In this document: positions 42,036 to 53,214 of the stretch, in pieces
How the letters are laid out: each line of letters starts with the position of its first letter
Position numbering within the stretch: the first letter of the stretch is position 1
Origin: an uncultured Actinomycetota bacterium
GTDB taxonomy: Bacteria; Actinomycetota; Actinomycetes; Mycobacteriales; Mycobacteriaceae
Assembly: GCA_963801365.1 (NCBI GenBank)
Contig: CAWDEZ010000007.1
Span: 276,124-340,123, forward strand
DNA length: 64,000 bases
Reading direction: 5' to 3'
Made by a program: the position numbers and the translations under genes
Notes under the pieces: model-generated
Told to the model about the DNA's origin: nothing
The model's database searches: none
What the model saw: the letters and a program-made list of their open reading frames with translations, nothing else

Positions 42036-42741
42036 ACATCGCACGCAACCGGGATGGATGCGGTTAGCCCAGCCGTTGAGGTCGATTTCGCGGTCGATCA
42101 GCTTCCGGGCCAGGAACTGCACGAACTGCTCGCCGGTATCCGCAGCGGCTCGCTCGCCAGGTTCTCCGGCCTTGCTGTGCCGATTTTGACTAACGAAGAC
42201 ACGGGCCAGGTGTGAAGGCAGGTTCGCGACCAGCGTGTACAGCCCGCTGGGTGTGGTGAGCGCCGACCTGACCGCCTGATGAACTCTGCGCGCGGTTCCT
42301 CGCCGTCCCGCGTGTGATGAGACCGTCGGGTGGCTGTTTCTCTCGGTTTCGCCACCCCACGGGACCACCAAAGGAGCCACGATGAGGCCTGTTTGTGAGC
42401 AGGAGGCCCGAGACCTGCTGGAAGACCTCGGGCTGGTCCCCGACGACCGAGAACGGGCCGACGTGCTCCGCCGTAGGCGAACGGACGCGATCGACGGGGT
42501 GTGAGGGGATGGGCCGCGCGCATCAGCGCAGTGCACGCACCCTCGTGGCCCGCACCTGACGTTGCCAGCCGCTGGCGATCGCATAGACCCGGTGCGGAGT
42601 CCCTCTGGGCGCCAGCACACAGCGCCCATAGCCACAGTCGCCGGGGTGAGCGGCCAGCTGGGCCAGGTAACGCTCGACGTCACCGACGGTGACGCGCTGG
42701 CGGGTCTGCTCGGCGAGGTTGAAGACGTGGCAGGCAACCAG

Positions 42742-42824
42742 CTCGACGGCCTCGACCATGCGCACGCGGTGGACTGTAGGCCGCCTATGGCCGAGGTGGT
42801 CGAAATTACGTTTGTGCCGACGGC
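42742..42824 (+). repeat. 83-bp direct repeat, copy B
   Basis: Ungapped, mostly identical match to 41156-41238. Confidence 0.8.
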
Positions 42825-43049
42825 AAGTGTAAAACGGACTAGCCGTGACACGGGGTGCGCAGGCATCGGTGACCTGCATCTTCGCCCCAAATACCCTGTG
42901 GCACAGGTCTAGTCAAGTGCGCCCAAGGGGTTAATTTCTTCGTACTTAATGGGAGCTGCTCTGTGGCTCCCATACGGGACTCTGCAACCCGTCAGAGTTC
43001 GTATGATCGAACAGCTTCAAGCAACCCGAGGCGGGCACAGAGGAGCGCA

Positions 43050-43586
43050 ATGACGGTTATACGTAGCGGCGGTGCGCGAGAAGGCTGGGGTGCACAGAAG
43101 TCGCGCATGATCACTTGGCATGATCCTGCACCGAGTGCAGCAATCGGCGCGGCGATGGACGGCCTGGAGTACGTGCGGGCGACCATCGATGGGCAGCTTC
43201 CATCGCCGCCCATTACCCAGTTGATGCAGTTCGAACCGGTGAGCGTCGAGCCTGGCAAGGCAGTGTTCACCTGTATGCCAGACGAGTCGGCCTACAACGC
43301 CGTCGGCGCCGTTTGTGGCGGTCTTGTTTGCACACTGCTGGACACCGCGATGGGCTGTGCGCTACACAGCACGATGCCGAAGGGCAAGGGTTTCACCTCG
43401 ATCGAGATCAAGGTCAACTTCCTGAAGGCAGTACGCCCTTCCAGCGGAGTACTAACGGCCACGGGAACAGTGGTCAAGTCTGGATCTCGCGCGGCTTTTA
43501 CCGAAGGCACGGTAACCGACGCCTCGGGGGCGCTGGTGGCCACTGCATCGAGCAGCTTGCTCATCGTCGACTTTCCACGCAGCTGA
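43050..43586 (+). CDS. PaaI-family thioesterase
   Basis: YNAVGAVCGGLVCTLLDTAMGCA and TSIEIKVNFL; AGGAG RBS. The usual His of the HGG motif is Cys here. Confidence 0.88.
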   Translation: MTVIRSGGAREGWGAQKSRMITWHDPAPSAAIGAAMDGLEYVRATIDGQLPSPPITQLMQFEPVSVEPGKAVFTCMPDESAYNAVGAVCGGLVCTLLDTAMGCALHSTMPKGKGFTSIEIKVNFLKAVRPSSGVLTATGTVVKSGSRAAFTEGTVTDASGALVATASSSLLIVDFPRS

Positions 43587-43734
43587 GCGGAGGGACCTCG
43601 AAGTCGCTGCCCGTCGAGGTATCTGAGCGTGCCAGTGAGGTCCAATGCCGAGCGTCCTTGTTACCGCGAATGCCCCGTCCACATCGGCAGCGGTCCCCAT
43701 TGCCCTCGGTGAAGGCGCGCTGCGGAGGTCAAAA

Positions 43735-44218
43735 CTAGTCGTCCGGCTCGGCGAACTCCATGGGGTCATAGGGGTCATCGTCGTCGTCATCGAAGGAGTT
43801 CGTGCCGACGTTGAGGGCCGCTGGGTGCTGCTCCAGCTGCTCCAGCTTCTCGACGATCGCCCCCCACATCGACTGCGGGACAACAGCACGCACCGCCTCA
43901 CTGATCTGGCCCACTTGGACCTTCAGCTCGAGGACGTCGGTGCCGCGCTCACGCCCGTCGAGGACGGACTGAAGCTTCTCGGCGGCTCGCAGGCCGGTCT
44001 CCACACTGACCTCGGCGCCGTCGTCCACCAGGGTACGGAACGCCTTGATCATAACGACCTCGTAGAACGCCATCGGGGTGAGCGCAACCGCGACGCCTTC
44101 GACGAAGTCGACTTGATTCTCGCGAGCCCGCCGCTCCAGGATCTCCCGGTACGTGGCATGAGTGGTCTGCTGCACGGGGAAGTGGCGCGCGCAGTGGTTC
44201 CTGACCGAGTCGATCGTG
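43735..44218 (-). pseudogene. 5'-truncated paralog of hypothetical protein 54539-55248
   Basis: TIDSVRNHCARHFPV...FDDDDDDPYDPMEF aligns with the intact paralog. Confidence 0.8.
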
Positions 44219-44540
44219 CCCGCTCTGGTTGCAGCGGGCCGCGATCAATGACCGCCTGCAGATCCTCGCCCGCGATCAGTCGCATGGTCACATACAAGCG
44301 TCCGTCTACCTCGCCGAAGTCGTGGATTGGCACGACGTGCGGCTCGTTGAGTCCCGCCGCCGTACGCGCCTCCCGGCGGAAGCGCTCCTGGAAAACCTGG
44401 TCGTCCGCGAAACTTGGGGGCAACACCTTCAGGGCGATCACCCGGTTGATGGCGGTGTCATATGCCCGCCAGATTTCGCCCATGCCGCCACGGCCCAGCA
44501 ACTCGACTAGGCGGTAGCGTCCGAACGGAGTCCCGTCCAC
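44219..44540 (-). pseudogene. Hanks-type Ser/Thr kinase, N-lobe only
   Basis: LGRGGMGEIW, IALKVL, FRREARTAAGL, HVVPIHDFG; HRD and DFG motifs missing. Confidence 0.9.
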
Positions 44541-44588
44541 TGACCCTCCCCACGGAAGCAGTCATCAAGTTGCCAGCACCATCCGCCA

Positions 44589-44725
44589 GATCAGCGGACA
44601 CCCACGCAGAATCTCACACCGGACACGCGCCTACCTCATACATCGGCTGATCCGGCCCGGTCACCGGATACACGTGTTATTGAGACGAACTTCCGCGAGT
44701 TGCGGTTGTGGTCTGTTCCGAGACC
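44589..44725 (+). repeat. About 137-bp repeat (other copy 60267-60403) ending in 37-bp dyad repeat copy 3 (44689-44725)
   Basis: GATCAGCGGACACC...CCGGCCCGGTCACCGGATACACGTG...GGTCTGTTCCGAGACC. Confidence 0.85.
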
Positions 44726-44809
44726 CGCGTCAGCACAAAGCGCATGCACGTCGATCTGGCTGGGTGCAGGTTGAGCGAGTCTGCGGACCCCGGGGCTCCT
44801 CTAGAGTAA

Positions 44810-45625
44810 GTGGCCGTGCTGACCTGGATCGCCCCGCTCGTCCTCGTCGTGATGGTCACGGCGGCGATCACCGTGAAGCTGCTTGTGCGCCGCCGCGCGC
44901 CCATGGGCGGCTGGTTCGCCGACTCTCCCCGCAGCGCCGGTACGTTGTCGGTGATCGGCACGATGTTCGCAGTCGTGCTCGCGTTCGTCATCCTCCTCGC
45001 GCTCCAGAGCTATCAGCGCGCGCGAGACGGGTCGAGCGTCGAGGCCATCGCCGTCACCGAACTCCACTCCGTCGCTGACCTGTTCCAGGCGCCCTCGCGC
45101 GATCGTCTGCACGGCGGACTGGTCTGCTACGCGCGCGCCGTCATCGAGGATGAATGGCCCGCGATGAGGGAGGGGCGCTCCAGCGAGCTGGTGCAGTCCT
45201 GGATCGACAAGCTGGGCCGGGAGTTCGCGATCGCCGACCCCCACGGCGCGCGGCAGGAGACGGCCTACGCACAGTGGTTCGACCTGCAGTCGCAGCGCCG
45301 CGAAGGTCGGCGCGAGCGCCTCGCCGAGGCGGCCCCGTTCGTGCCTCTCCCGCTGTGGTTCGTGCTGGGCATCGGCGCTTCGCTCACGATCGCTTACATG
45401 TGCGCCCAAGCCGACCGTCGCGAGGGGGTCCTTATCCAGTCGATACCGGTCGGCTTCGTCACCGCCCTCATGACCGCTGGCCTTCTCGTGGTCTTTTTCC
45501 TCGACCATCCGTACGCGGGCGAGAGCGGCAGCATCGCGCCGACCGAGATGCGCCAGACGCTCGCGCTCATTGATCACGGGAGCGCCGCGCCGTGCGACGA
45601 GCACGGCATCCCCCGTTCGACCTGA
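44810..45625 (+). CDS. DUF4239 / bestrophin-like membrane protein
   Basis: IGTMFAVVLAFVI, YARAVIEDEWPAM, RRERL, LDHPYAG. Confidence 0.82.
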   Translation: MAVLTWIAPLVLVVMVTAAITVKLLVRRRAPMGGWFADSPRSAGTLSVIGTMFAVVLAFVILLALQSYQRARDGSSVEAIAVTELHSVADLFQAPSRDRLHGGLVCYARAVIEDEWPAMREGRSSELVQSWIDKLGREFAIADPHGARQETAYAQWFDLQSQRREGRRERLAEAAPFVPLPLWFVLGIGASLTIAYMCAQADRREGVLIQSIPVGFVTALMTAGLLVVFFLDHPYAGESGSIAPTEMRQTLALIDHGSAAPCDEHGIPRST

Positions 45626-45948
45626 TGATTCTCGGGTTTACCGGTAGAACCACGTAATCTGCTTAGCCCCAACATTTCTCGCCGCCTCCGCCTGGGCCTG
45701 CCGGACAAGATGCATCTGATCCATCCCTCGGTAAGGCCCGATTGTGCTATCAGTAAGGTCCTAGCCGTGCAGTGGATGGCGATTCGAATCGCTAAGCCCG
45801 AGTCGGGCGATGGGGGGAGCTAGCTTTTCCTCAAAGCCACACGGCACGATGCGCGTTCGCTCCGGCCTACAGCGAGTTGCACCGAGAGTCTCGGATCTGC
45901 GACACGCATCGAACCCCTTGCGGGGCGCGTGATTCCGCACGTCGCGAT

Positions 45949-46002
45949 GTCTCAGAAGTTGGTCTCACAACCACGTGTCTCGTCTTCCGGCTCTAAGTAG
46001 AC
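45949..46002 (-). repeat. Inverted, rearranged copy of the GAGAC/dyad repeat array
   Basis: Minus strand reads GTCTACTTAGAGCC...CACGTGGTTGTGAGACCAACTTCTGAGAC; 22 of 29 positions match 44671-44699. Confidence 0.7.
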
Positions 46003-46030
46003 GCCTGCGAGGGTTGCAGAATGGCCGCCG

Positions 46031-49000
46031 TCATGGCATCGCCTCGGCCCACTTCATGTGCCCCTCGTACCCGAGGGATGTCGCCATCGCGCGGTAGCGG
46101 TCTCGGAACTCCCGATACCCGGCCTCGTCGCCATGGACGCGGGCCAGCAGAGCCCGTAGCCGCAGCAGCCAAATCTCCCGTACCGCCAAGCTACTATCCG
46201 CCTGTGCGGCGCAAGCCAAAGGCCGCGCCTGCGCGTCGGCTTCGCCGATGTCGGCGTTGGTACCGCGAGCCAGCAGTGACTCCACGAGTGCGGCGACGGC
46301 CACAGCGTGGAAGACGGCATCTCCTGAGCGCAATTCGCGGTCGACGACGGCACGAAGCAGCTCTATCGCCGCGTCGAAATCGCGCGTGCGGGCCTTATCC
46401 TTGGCGAATTCGAGGTCGATCAGCGGCAAGGAGAAACCCAGAATTCGCTCCAGGTCGGCTTCACGCGCCGTGCCGAGCAGGCGCAGGCCTTCCTCTCGTT
46501 GGGGGCTGTCCTGCTGCGCCAGGATGAGGCCGCGCAAGAAAAGGGCGGTGTCAAGTGCGAGATCGTCGCCGTATCGCTGCGTAAGCTCCAGCGTGTCCGC
46601 CGAGTCCTGTATCGCACCGGCATCCGCCAGTAGCGCCCCGCTGGGAATGCCCAAGCCGTACTTCCAGTACAGCAGCATGGGATACCCGACCGGCGCGTAG
46701 TCTCGACCCATCGCTGCGGCGCGCTCAATGTCCTGTTTCCAGCCCGGCTCTCCACGGCAGAGCCCCGCTGCGGCACGCGCCATCGTCGCAGCGCTCAGCG
46801 GCGATTCGAGGAACAGGTCCCCCTTGCGCACATCGCCGTCGGCCAGTTCGATGACCCTTGACGCCAGCCGCACGATTTCGCCGGTCTCGCCAGCCGCCAG
46901 CTTCGGAACCATGGCCGTGCACATCAGCGCCACCGTCAACGTTGGGTCGCCGATTGACTCAATCAGGCCGACGAGCTCTGAAGCCAGAAGCGACGATTCC
47001 CGATAAGAACCCGTGAAGGCCAGCGCCATCACATGCCCGGCCATTGCCATGGCGAGCGACACCTTGTCGTCTGCGGCGGTGGACAGTTCGCGCAACTCGT
47101 TGAAGCCCGCCTCATCGGGGCTGCTGACGCGAAAGGTCGTCCCGCACAGCAGGGCGCGCGGTGCGATACGCATTCCGGCGCGATCCGGCTCATCGGCAGG
47201 CAGTCGGTCGGCGACCTGGCGTGCGCACTGCCAGCTCAGGCGCGCCGCCTTGATGTCCCGGAAGGTCAACCACGTTCCGGCGCGCATGTGCCAACCGAAC
47301 GCCTGGCGCAGATCACCCGCCGCCTCCAGGTGTTCGGCGATCAGAGCGGTGTTTTCGTCAGCCGATTCCGGGTCACGTGATTCGATCGCGGTCGCGACGC
47401 GCCGATGCAGCTCGGCCCGATCGGATTTCAGTTGTGATTCGTAGGCCACGGTGCGAATCAGCGGATGGTGGAACACATACTCGGGTTGTCCGGTGAACCT
47501 GACCCGATCGATGAGCTGGGCCGCCACCAAGTCAGTAACGACCGGTTCGACCCCCAGCGCAGTCAGCAAGTCGGGACCAAAACGCGACCCGATGACCGCC
47601 GCTGCACTCAACGTGCGTTTTGCTTTCGGGTCAAGCCGATCGATGCGTGCGGCGATGGTCGCCTGCAACGTGGCAGGCACACTCACCTCGGCGACGTCTG
47701 CCGTCGACAGGTATGTGCCGAGCTTCCCTTGCAGCACACCACGTTCCGCGAGTTCGCGTACGATCTCCTGGGCGAAAAACGGGTTCCCGGCGGCCCTGTC
47801 GGCAATCAAGGACCTGACCGCTGCGACTGACGAATCGTGGCCCAGTAACTCGTCGAGCAGCGCGGCGGTGTCCGAATCAGTCAGGGGTGCCAGCGAAATC
47901 GTCTGCGCGCCGGGTACGTGGGCGAGTGTTCCCCGGTACTCGGGGCGGTAGGTGATCAGCACCGTGGAATGTGTCTGCGGAATCACGCTCAGAAAATCGG
48001 CGAACATCGACTCGCTGACCTCGTCGATCCAGTGCACATCCTCGATCACGTAGACGACCGGATCGGTGCGGGCCAGCGAGACCGAGTCGATCAGCGCGGT
48101 CAACCGCCGCCGCCGCGCGTCCGGATCGATGTTGGGCAGCGACATGTCGGGGTCACGAATTCCCAGCAGGTCGTCGAGCAGCACCACATCCTCGGGATCG
48201 GCGTCGGGAACCTGCACACGCACCCGTGCCCGCGCCATCTCATCATCGACATCTGCTATCCCAGCGACATCGCGCAGCAGCCGCGCCGCCACATGGAACG
48301 GGATCTCACGGGTATGCGACTCGCAGAAGGCCGAAAAACCTCGACGCCGCGACTTTTCGCGAGCGCCACCGTCTCACGGACGAGTCGGCTCTTGCCGATG
48401 CCCGCCGGTCCCGCCACGCCGATGACACACCCGTGTCCGCTGACCGATCGATCCAACATGCCGGTGATGGTGTGCAGTTCAACATCGCGGCCCACCAGAG
48501 TCGGCTGCGACCGACCCGTCGATTCGCGCTCCGCACCGACACCCAGCAGGCGATGCGCCGTCACCGGCTCGTCGCTCTCCTTGATACTCACCAGCTCCGG
48601 TTCGCCCAACACGGCGGCACATTCAGCCAGTCGCGCGGTGGACACACTGAGCATCACCCCACCCGGCGGAGCGACAGACTCCATCCGCTGAGCCATACCG
48701 ACCTGCTCACCGATAGTGGTATATCCGAAAGAGCCTGAACCGATCTCACCGGCGATCACCTGACCGGAGTTCAGTCCCACACGCAGCCGCAGTTCCACAC
48801 TGTCGCACTCTCGGACATCGACGGCGAGCCGCTTCGCCTCCTCTTGGACGCCTATCGCGGCCATGCAGGCTCGAACAGCGTGATCCTCCAACGCCACCGG
48901 CGCCCCGAACACCGCCATGACCCCGTCGCCGGTGAACTTGTCCACCGTGCCGCCATAACGTTGCACCACCGCCGCGCAGCGATCGGCGAGGTCGGCCATG

Positions 49001-49227
49001 ATCTCCCGCAGCCGCTCCGCACCCACCGCCGCCGCGATGTCCATCGAATGGACAACGTCGGCGAACAGCACCGTCACCTGCTTGTACTCCGCCGATCGGC
49101 TGAGATGTGTGAGTGGTGCACCGCACTCGTTACAGAACTTGGAGTTCGGTCGCACTTCTGTGCCGCACGACCCACAGAACAACCCCGTCGCGGTCAGTCC
49201 ACCGCCACCATCCCCGCTGGGGTCCAC
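46031..49227 (-). pseudogene. Paralog of the zinc-ribbon cyclase-STAND gene with one frameshift
   Basis: Nearly identical N-terminus to 35426-38626; a 1-nt deletion in the A5 run at 48334-48338 joins ORFs 48256-49227 and 46031-48292. Confidence 0.9.
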
Positions 49228-49290
49228 GACAGTATCGTTTCACTGCTGGTCAACGATGTCCGTCATATCGCCGTGCCATCTCCGACACGA

Positions 49291-49327
49291 AGTTCTGAGA
49301 CCCGCGTACGTCGTCTATTGAGAGAAC
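49291..49327 (+). repeat. 37-bp dyad repeat, copy 4
   Basis: AGTTCTGAGACCCGCGTACGTCGTCTATTGAGAGAAC. Confidence 0.78.
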
Positions 49328-49437
49328 AGCGGCGACGGGGTTTCGGGCGGAACTCGATTCGAGGTCTACTCACCCCCGGATCGGGGAAGACCTCGAATCC
49401 GGATCGCTGTCGCGGCCTGCGCCAAGCTGCGCGAGCG

Positions 49438-50253
49438 TCATGCCAGTTTGCGGCCCCAAGCCTGAATGTACGGCCCGTGAAACACGGTCGTGTCCGGGTT
49501 GTCGTGATGCTTTGCAAGGGCCTCTTTTAATTCGACTAGCTCCTCTTCTGAGACGAGGTCCAGCGCGAGGATCCGTTCTCTCATATTGTCGATGAAGTCC
49601 ACCAGAATGGCCCGGCGCGGATGACCCGGCGGGTAGACGTGGACAATCGGATTGACGTGCAGGTCCACCAGGCCAGCCTCTCGAAGTAATCGAGGCAGCT
49701 TGCGACCGAGATAGAAGTCATTGCCGTTCTTCGCGGCGACAGCCATAAAGAGCTTCACCACCGTGGTCCATGCCTGCGACGGTGGATCGCACATCAGTGC
49801 CGCCCAGTCCATCTCATGAAAAGCAACCACACCTCCCGGTCGCGCCAGCGCCACCGCCTCAGCAATCACTTGCTCGGGCTGCGGAATGAGCACGAGGACA
49901 AGCCGGGAGGTGACCAGATCGAACACCCCCCTAGGCAGACCGGTAGAGCGAGCGTCGGCGGCGATGATTTCGATGTTCTGCAGTGCCTGTTCCGCGACGA
50001 ACGTCCGCGCGAGCGCGACCGCGTCGCCGTTGATCTCGACCCCAACCACTTTTCCCGTTACGCCTACACGTGTGGCGAGCAGATCAAGACAGCCGCGCGG
50101 ACCACAACCGATCTCTACCACGCGGGCGCCTTCTGCTATTGCGATCTCATCGAACAAGCGCGCGGACTCATGACCAAGTTCGTAGGATTGGCGCTGCAAC
50201 CGTTTCTGCTCTGCCAACCTGTAGCCGAGGACGTATTGATCGCCTCCAGCCAT
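49438..50253 (-). CDS. Class I SAM-dependent methyltransferase
   Basis: VVEIGCGPRG, VGVEI, FDLVTSR, RPGG. Confidence 0.9.
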   Translation of the reverse strand: MAGGDQYVLGYRLAEQKRLQRQSYELGHESARLFDEIAIAEGARVVEIGCGPRGCLDLLATRVGVTGKVVGVEINGDAVALARTFVAEQALQNIEIIAADARSTGLPRGVFDLVTSRLVLVLIPQPEQVIAEAVALARPGGVVAFHEMDWAALMCDPPSQAWTTVVKLFMAVAAKNGNDFYLGRKLPRLLREAGLVDLHVNPIVHVYPPGHPRRAILVDFIDNMRERILALDLVSEEELVELKEALAKHHDNPDTTVFHGPYIQAWGRKLA

Positions 50254-50439
50254 GCCAGCCTCCCAGCGACGACACCAGCTGCACCGGACTGTGGGATCGG
50301 ACCGGCAGCGCCGCCGATGGTACCCGCCACTGTGTCCTGCTATGGCTAATTATGTCGCAAGCTCGGGTGGGCGACGCGCCTGCATCGCCTCCAAGTGCGA
50401 TCCTTCCGCAGAAGCGAAGTCTCCTGACATGCCGGTTCA

Positions 50440-51240
50440 CTATCCGCTGGGCGTCATCGCCGACGCGGCGACAGACGTATGTTCATCCCGCGCACGTCTC
50501 CGGTTTGCCAGCAGCACGCGGATCGTGGTGATGTGCAGGATGATTGAGAAGGGCACCAGGTAGGCCGGAAAGAGGACCATCGGCCATCGGGTGAACACCG
50601 ACGTTGGTGGGTCGGTATGCACCACGGCGAGGGTTTGGGTCGCCAGGAATGCGGTTCCCACGGCGCCGACAAAATCGAGAAGGCCCAGCACCGACCACGC
50701 AATCGGAATGCTGGTCGACGTCGACCAGATCAGGGCGATCACGGCGACGCAGGCAGTCAGACCGACCGCGATGTCGCCGAACGCGGCTGGGTAGGCGAAG
50801 AAGTCGGGAAGCTGACCGTCGACCTCCAACACCAGGAACACGCATCCCAACCAACGAGCGGTCTGTGAGATCAGCAGCTCGGCGAGCGTTCGCCGGTCGG
50901 CCAACAGCTCATCCAGCGACGACCAGCGTGCCACCGCGATCGGTCCAATAACGACCAGCGCGAAGAACAAGTACACCAGCCACGGCGCCCGGTCCGGAGC
51001 ATCGTGAAAAGCCTCCACCTGGGTGCATCCCGCTGACAAGCCGAACCAGACCGCGAACACGACCATCAGGGCACCCGCCAGCCTGAGCGACTCACCGGTC
51101 GAACGGCCATGGCGAATCGCAGCGCGATACATGATCACCGGCACCCACACGGTAAAGACGACAGCTACCGAGACCACCAAGATCGTGATGCTCACCGGAA
51201 CGTCGGGAATCCGATGATCCACCGCTTCCTCCCCAACCAT
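50440..51240 (-). CDS. Multi-pass membrane protein (start uncertain)
   Basis: Seven hydrophobic segments; FAYPAAFGDIAVG...WSVLGLLDF...PAYLVP motifs. Confidence 0.75.
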   Translation of the reverse strand: MVGEEAVDHRIPDVPVSITILVVSVAVVFTVWVPVIMYRAAIRHGRSTGESLRLAGALMVVFAVWFGLSAGCTQVEAFHDAPDRAPWLVYLFFALVVIGPIAVARWSSLDELLADRRTLAELLISQTARWLGCVFLVLEVDGQLPDFFAYPAAFGDIAVGLTACVAVIALIWSTSTSIPIAWSVLGLLDFVGAVGTAFLATQTLAVVHTDPPTSVFTRWPMVLFPAYLVPFSIILHITTIRVLLANRRRARDEHTSVAASAMTPSG

Positions 51241-52018
51241 TCTCTTCGAACGTAAGCTGCTGTGATCCGGCGGCACAACCCCTTGCCTGCCAGCGGTCGG
51301 TCATCTGCTCCGGCAGACCTTCCGGCCCCCGGGCGGTGTATGGCGGAGCCTTTCAGCATCATTACCCGCCCGAGCACACCTTCGCGCTGCCTTCAGGTAG
51401 GAGCCATCTGTGGATTCGGTCTTCGACGGCTACGGCGCGGCTTCCCGGCCGGGACAAACGACTCCCGCAGCGCGACCAACGACTCCGCACCTGGGGACTT
51501 CGGTCCCTACTACCCCGGGGGTACGGGCTGTCGGATGGAGACGGTAAAGGTTCGTAATCGGAAGGTGCGCATCAACACCGTCGGTGAGTTCTGCCCTTGG
51601 ACCGCAACGATCGTAAAGGAGCGAGACATGATCGAATACGACCTCGATACCGAGCATTCCATCCTGCTCGTGCAACCAAAATCTGCGATCGAGCAGGACG
51701 ACTTCGTGAAGATCGCGAAGGCCGTCGACCCGCACATCGAGGCCACCGGCGGCTTGGCTGGCCTCATCATCGAAGCCCCGGCGTTCCCCGGATGGACAGA
51801 GTCTTGGGGCAATGGTCAACCAGTTTCGCTTCGTTCGAGATCATCACAAGCGCATCAAGAGAATCGGCGTCGTCACCGACTCCCACCTCGGGGATGTCGC
51901 AGAGCACTTGACGTCACACTTTGTGTCAGCGGAGATCAGGCACTTCCCCGCTGGGCAGATCGAGGCAGCAAGACAATGGGCTGCCCCGCGTTTTCCGGAC
52001 TGTTGATTTTGCGTTCAT

Positions 52019-52927
52019 TTATGCGGCGAGCTGCGAATTCAGGTATTCGGTGCGGACTTCGTGTGGTGTCCGGTAGCCGAGTGCGGAGTGAATTCGTCGT
52101 TGATTGTAGAACAGTTCGATGTAGCGGGCAATGTCCTCCTTGGCTTTCGTTCGGGTCGGATACACCATGTGGTGCACTCGCTCGTTCTTCAGGCTGGCGA
52201 AAAACGATTCGGCGAGCGCATTGTCCCAGCATTGACCGGTGCGGCCGACGGAATGGCGCAGCCCCAGATCGCTCAGCGTGGCACGGTAGGTATGGGACAC
52301 GTATTGTGTACCGCGGTCGGAATGCAGAATACAATCCGGTTCGAGTCGGTGATTCCGCACCGCCATCTCCAGCGCATCGGTGACCAATTCGGTGCGCAGA
52401 TGATCGGCAATGGACCAGCCGATCACCTCGCGGTTGAAACAATCGATAAGCGTCGCCAAATAGAGCCAGCCCTGCCACGTCCGGATATAGGTGATGTCGC
52501 CGACGACCTTGATGCCGGGCCGGTCGGCGGTGAAGTCCCGCCGGACCAGGTCGACGGTGTCGGGTGCGTCCGGGTCGGGCACGGTGGTGGTGCGGAACGG
52601 CCTGGGCTGCACCGGAACCAAGCCCAGCTCGCGCATCAGCCGACGGACCAGCTCGGGGCCGACCCGCTCGTCGGCGCGGAGGAGTTCGGCGTGGATGCGG
52701 CGGTAGCCGTAGGTGCCGCCGAACGCCTCGAACAACGCCCGGATCTTGTCCGCGAGCAGCTCGCGGCGCCGAGCGGCGGCGCTGGGCCGGCGGTCGAGCC
52801 ACTCGTAGTAGCCGGATTTCGACACGCCGATCCACGCGCACATCCGCACCATGGTGGGAGCATCACCCGAATTCTCCGAAGAATGTGTTGCGCGCTCCGC
52901 GGCGATGAACGCGTATTTGTCGCTCAC
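52019..52927 (-). CDS. IS3 OrfB (rve integrase/DDE)
   Basis: GDITYI, HSDRGTQY, WDNALAESFF. Confidence 0.93.
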   Translation of the reverse strand: MSDKYAFIAAERATHSSENSGDAPTMVRMCAWIGVSKSGYYEWLDRRPSAAARRRELLADKIRALFEAFGGTYGYRRIHAELLRADERVGPELVRRLMRELGLVPVQPRPFRTTTVPDPDAPDTVDLVRRDFTADRPGIKVVGDITYIRTWQGWLYLATLIDCFNREVIGWSIADHLRTELVTDALEMAVRNHRLEPDCILHSDRGTQYVSHTYRATLSDLGLRHSVGRTGQCWDNALAESFFASLKNERVHHMVYPTRTKAKEDIARYIELFYNQRRIHSALGYRTPHEVRTEYLNSQLAA

Positions 52928-53214
52928 CGCTGCTCCCTCGCGAAGTACGCACTGGCTTTTTTCAGGAATGCATTCTCCATTTCGAGTTCGCGGTTGCGGC
53001 GTTCGAGTTCGCGCAGCCGGGCGCGTTCGGATAATTCCAGCGGCGGCTCGTCGGCCGCGTGCATGGCCCGGTATTTCTTCACCCAACCGCCGACCGTGGT
53101 CTCATTGAGCCCGTATTCACGGGACACGTCTGCGATCGACCGAGTAGTTTCGACCACCAGTCTCGCTACCTCGTCACGAAACTCGGGCTTGTATTTCTCG
53201 TATTTTCCTGCCAA
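52924..53214 (-). CDS. IS3 OrfA
   Basis: HTH plus ELEMENAFLKKA; CTGAAAAAAG (A6G) -1 frameshift site. Confidence 0.9.
   Translation of the reverse strand: MAGKYEKYKPEFRDEVARLVVETTRSIADVSREYGLNETTVGGWVKKYRAMHAADEPPLELSERARLRELERRNRELEMENAFLKKASAYFAREQR

Noticed and set aside
42060-42762. A gene between the P450 C-half and the thioesterase
   Set aside because: No frame gives a convincing protein; probably a degraded ORF that cannot be assigned.
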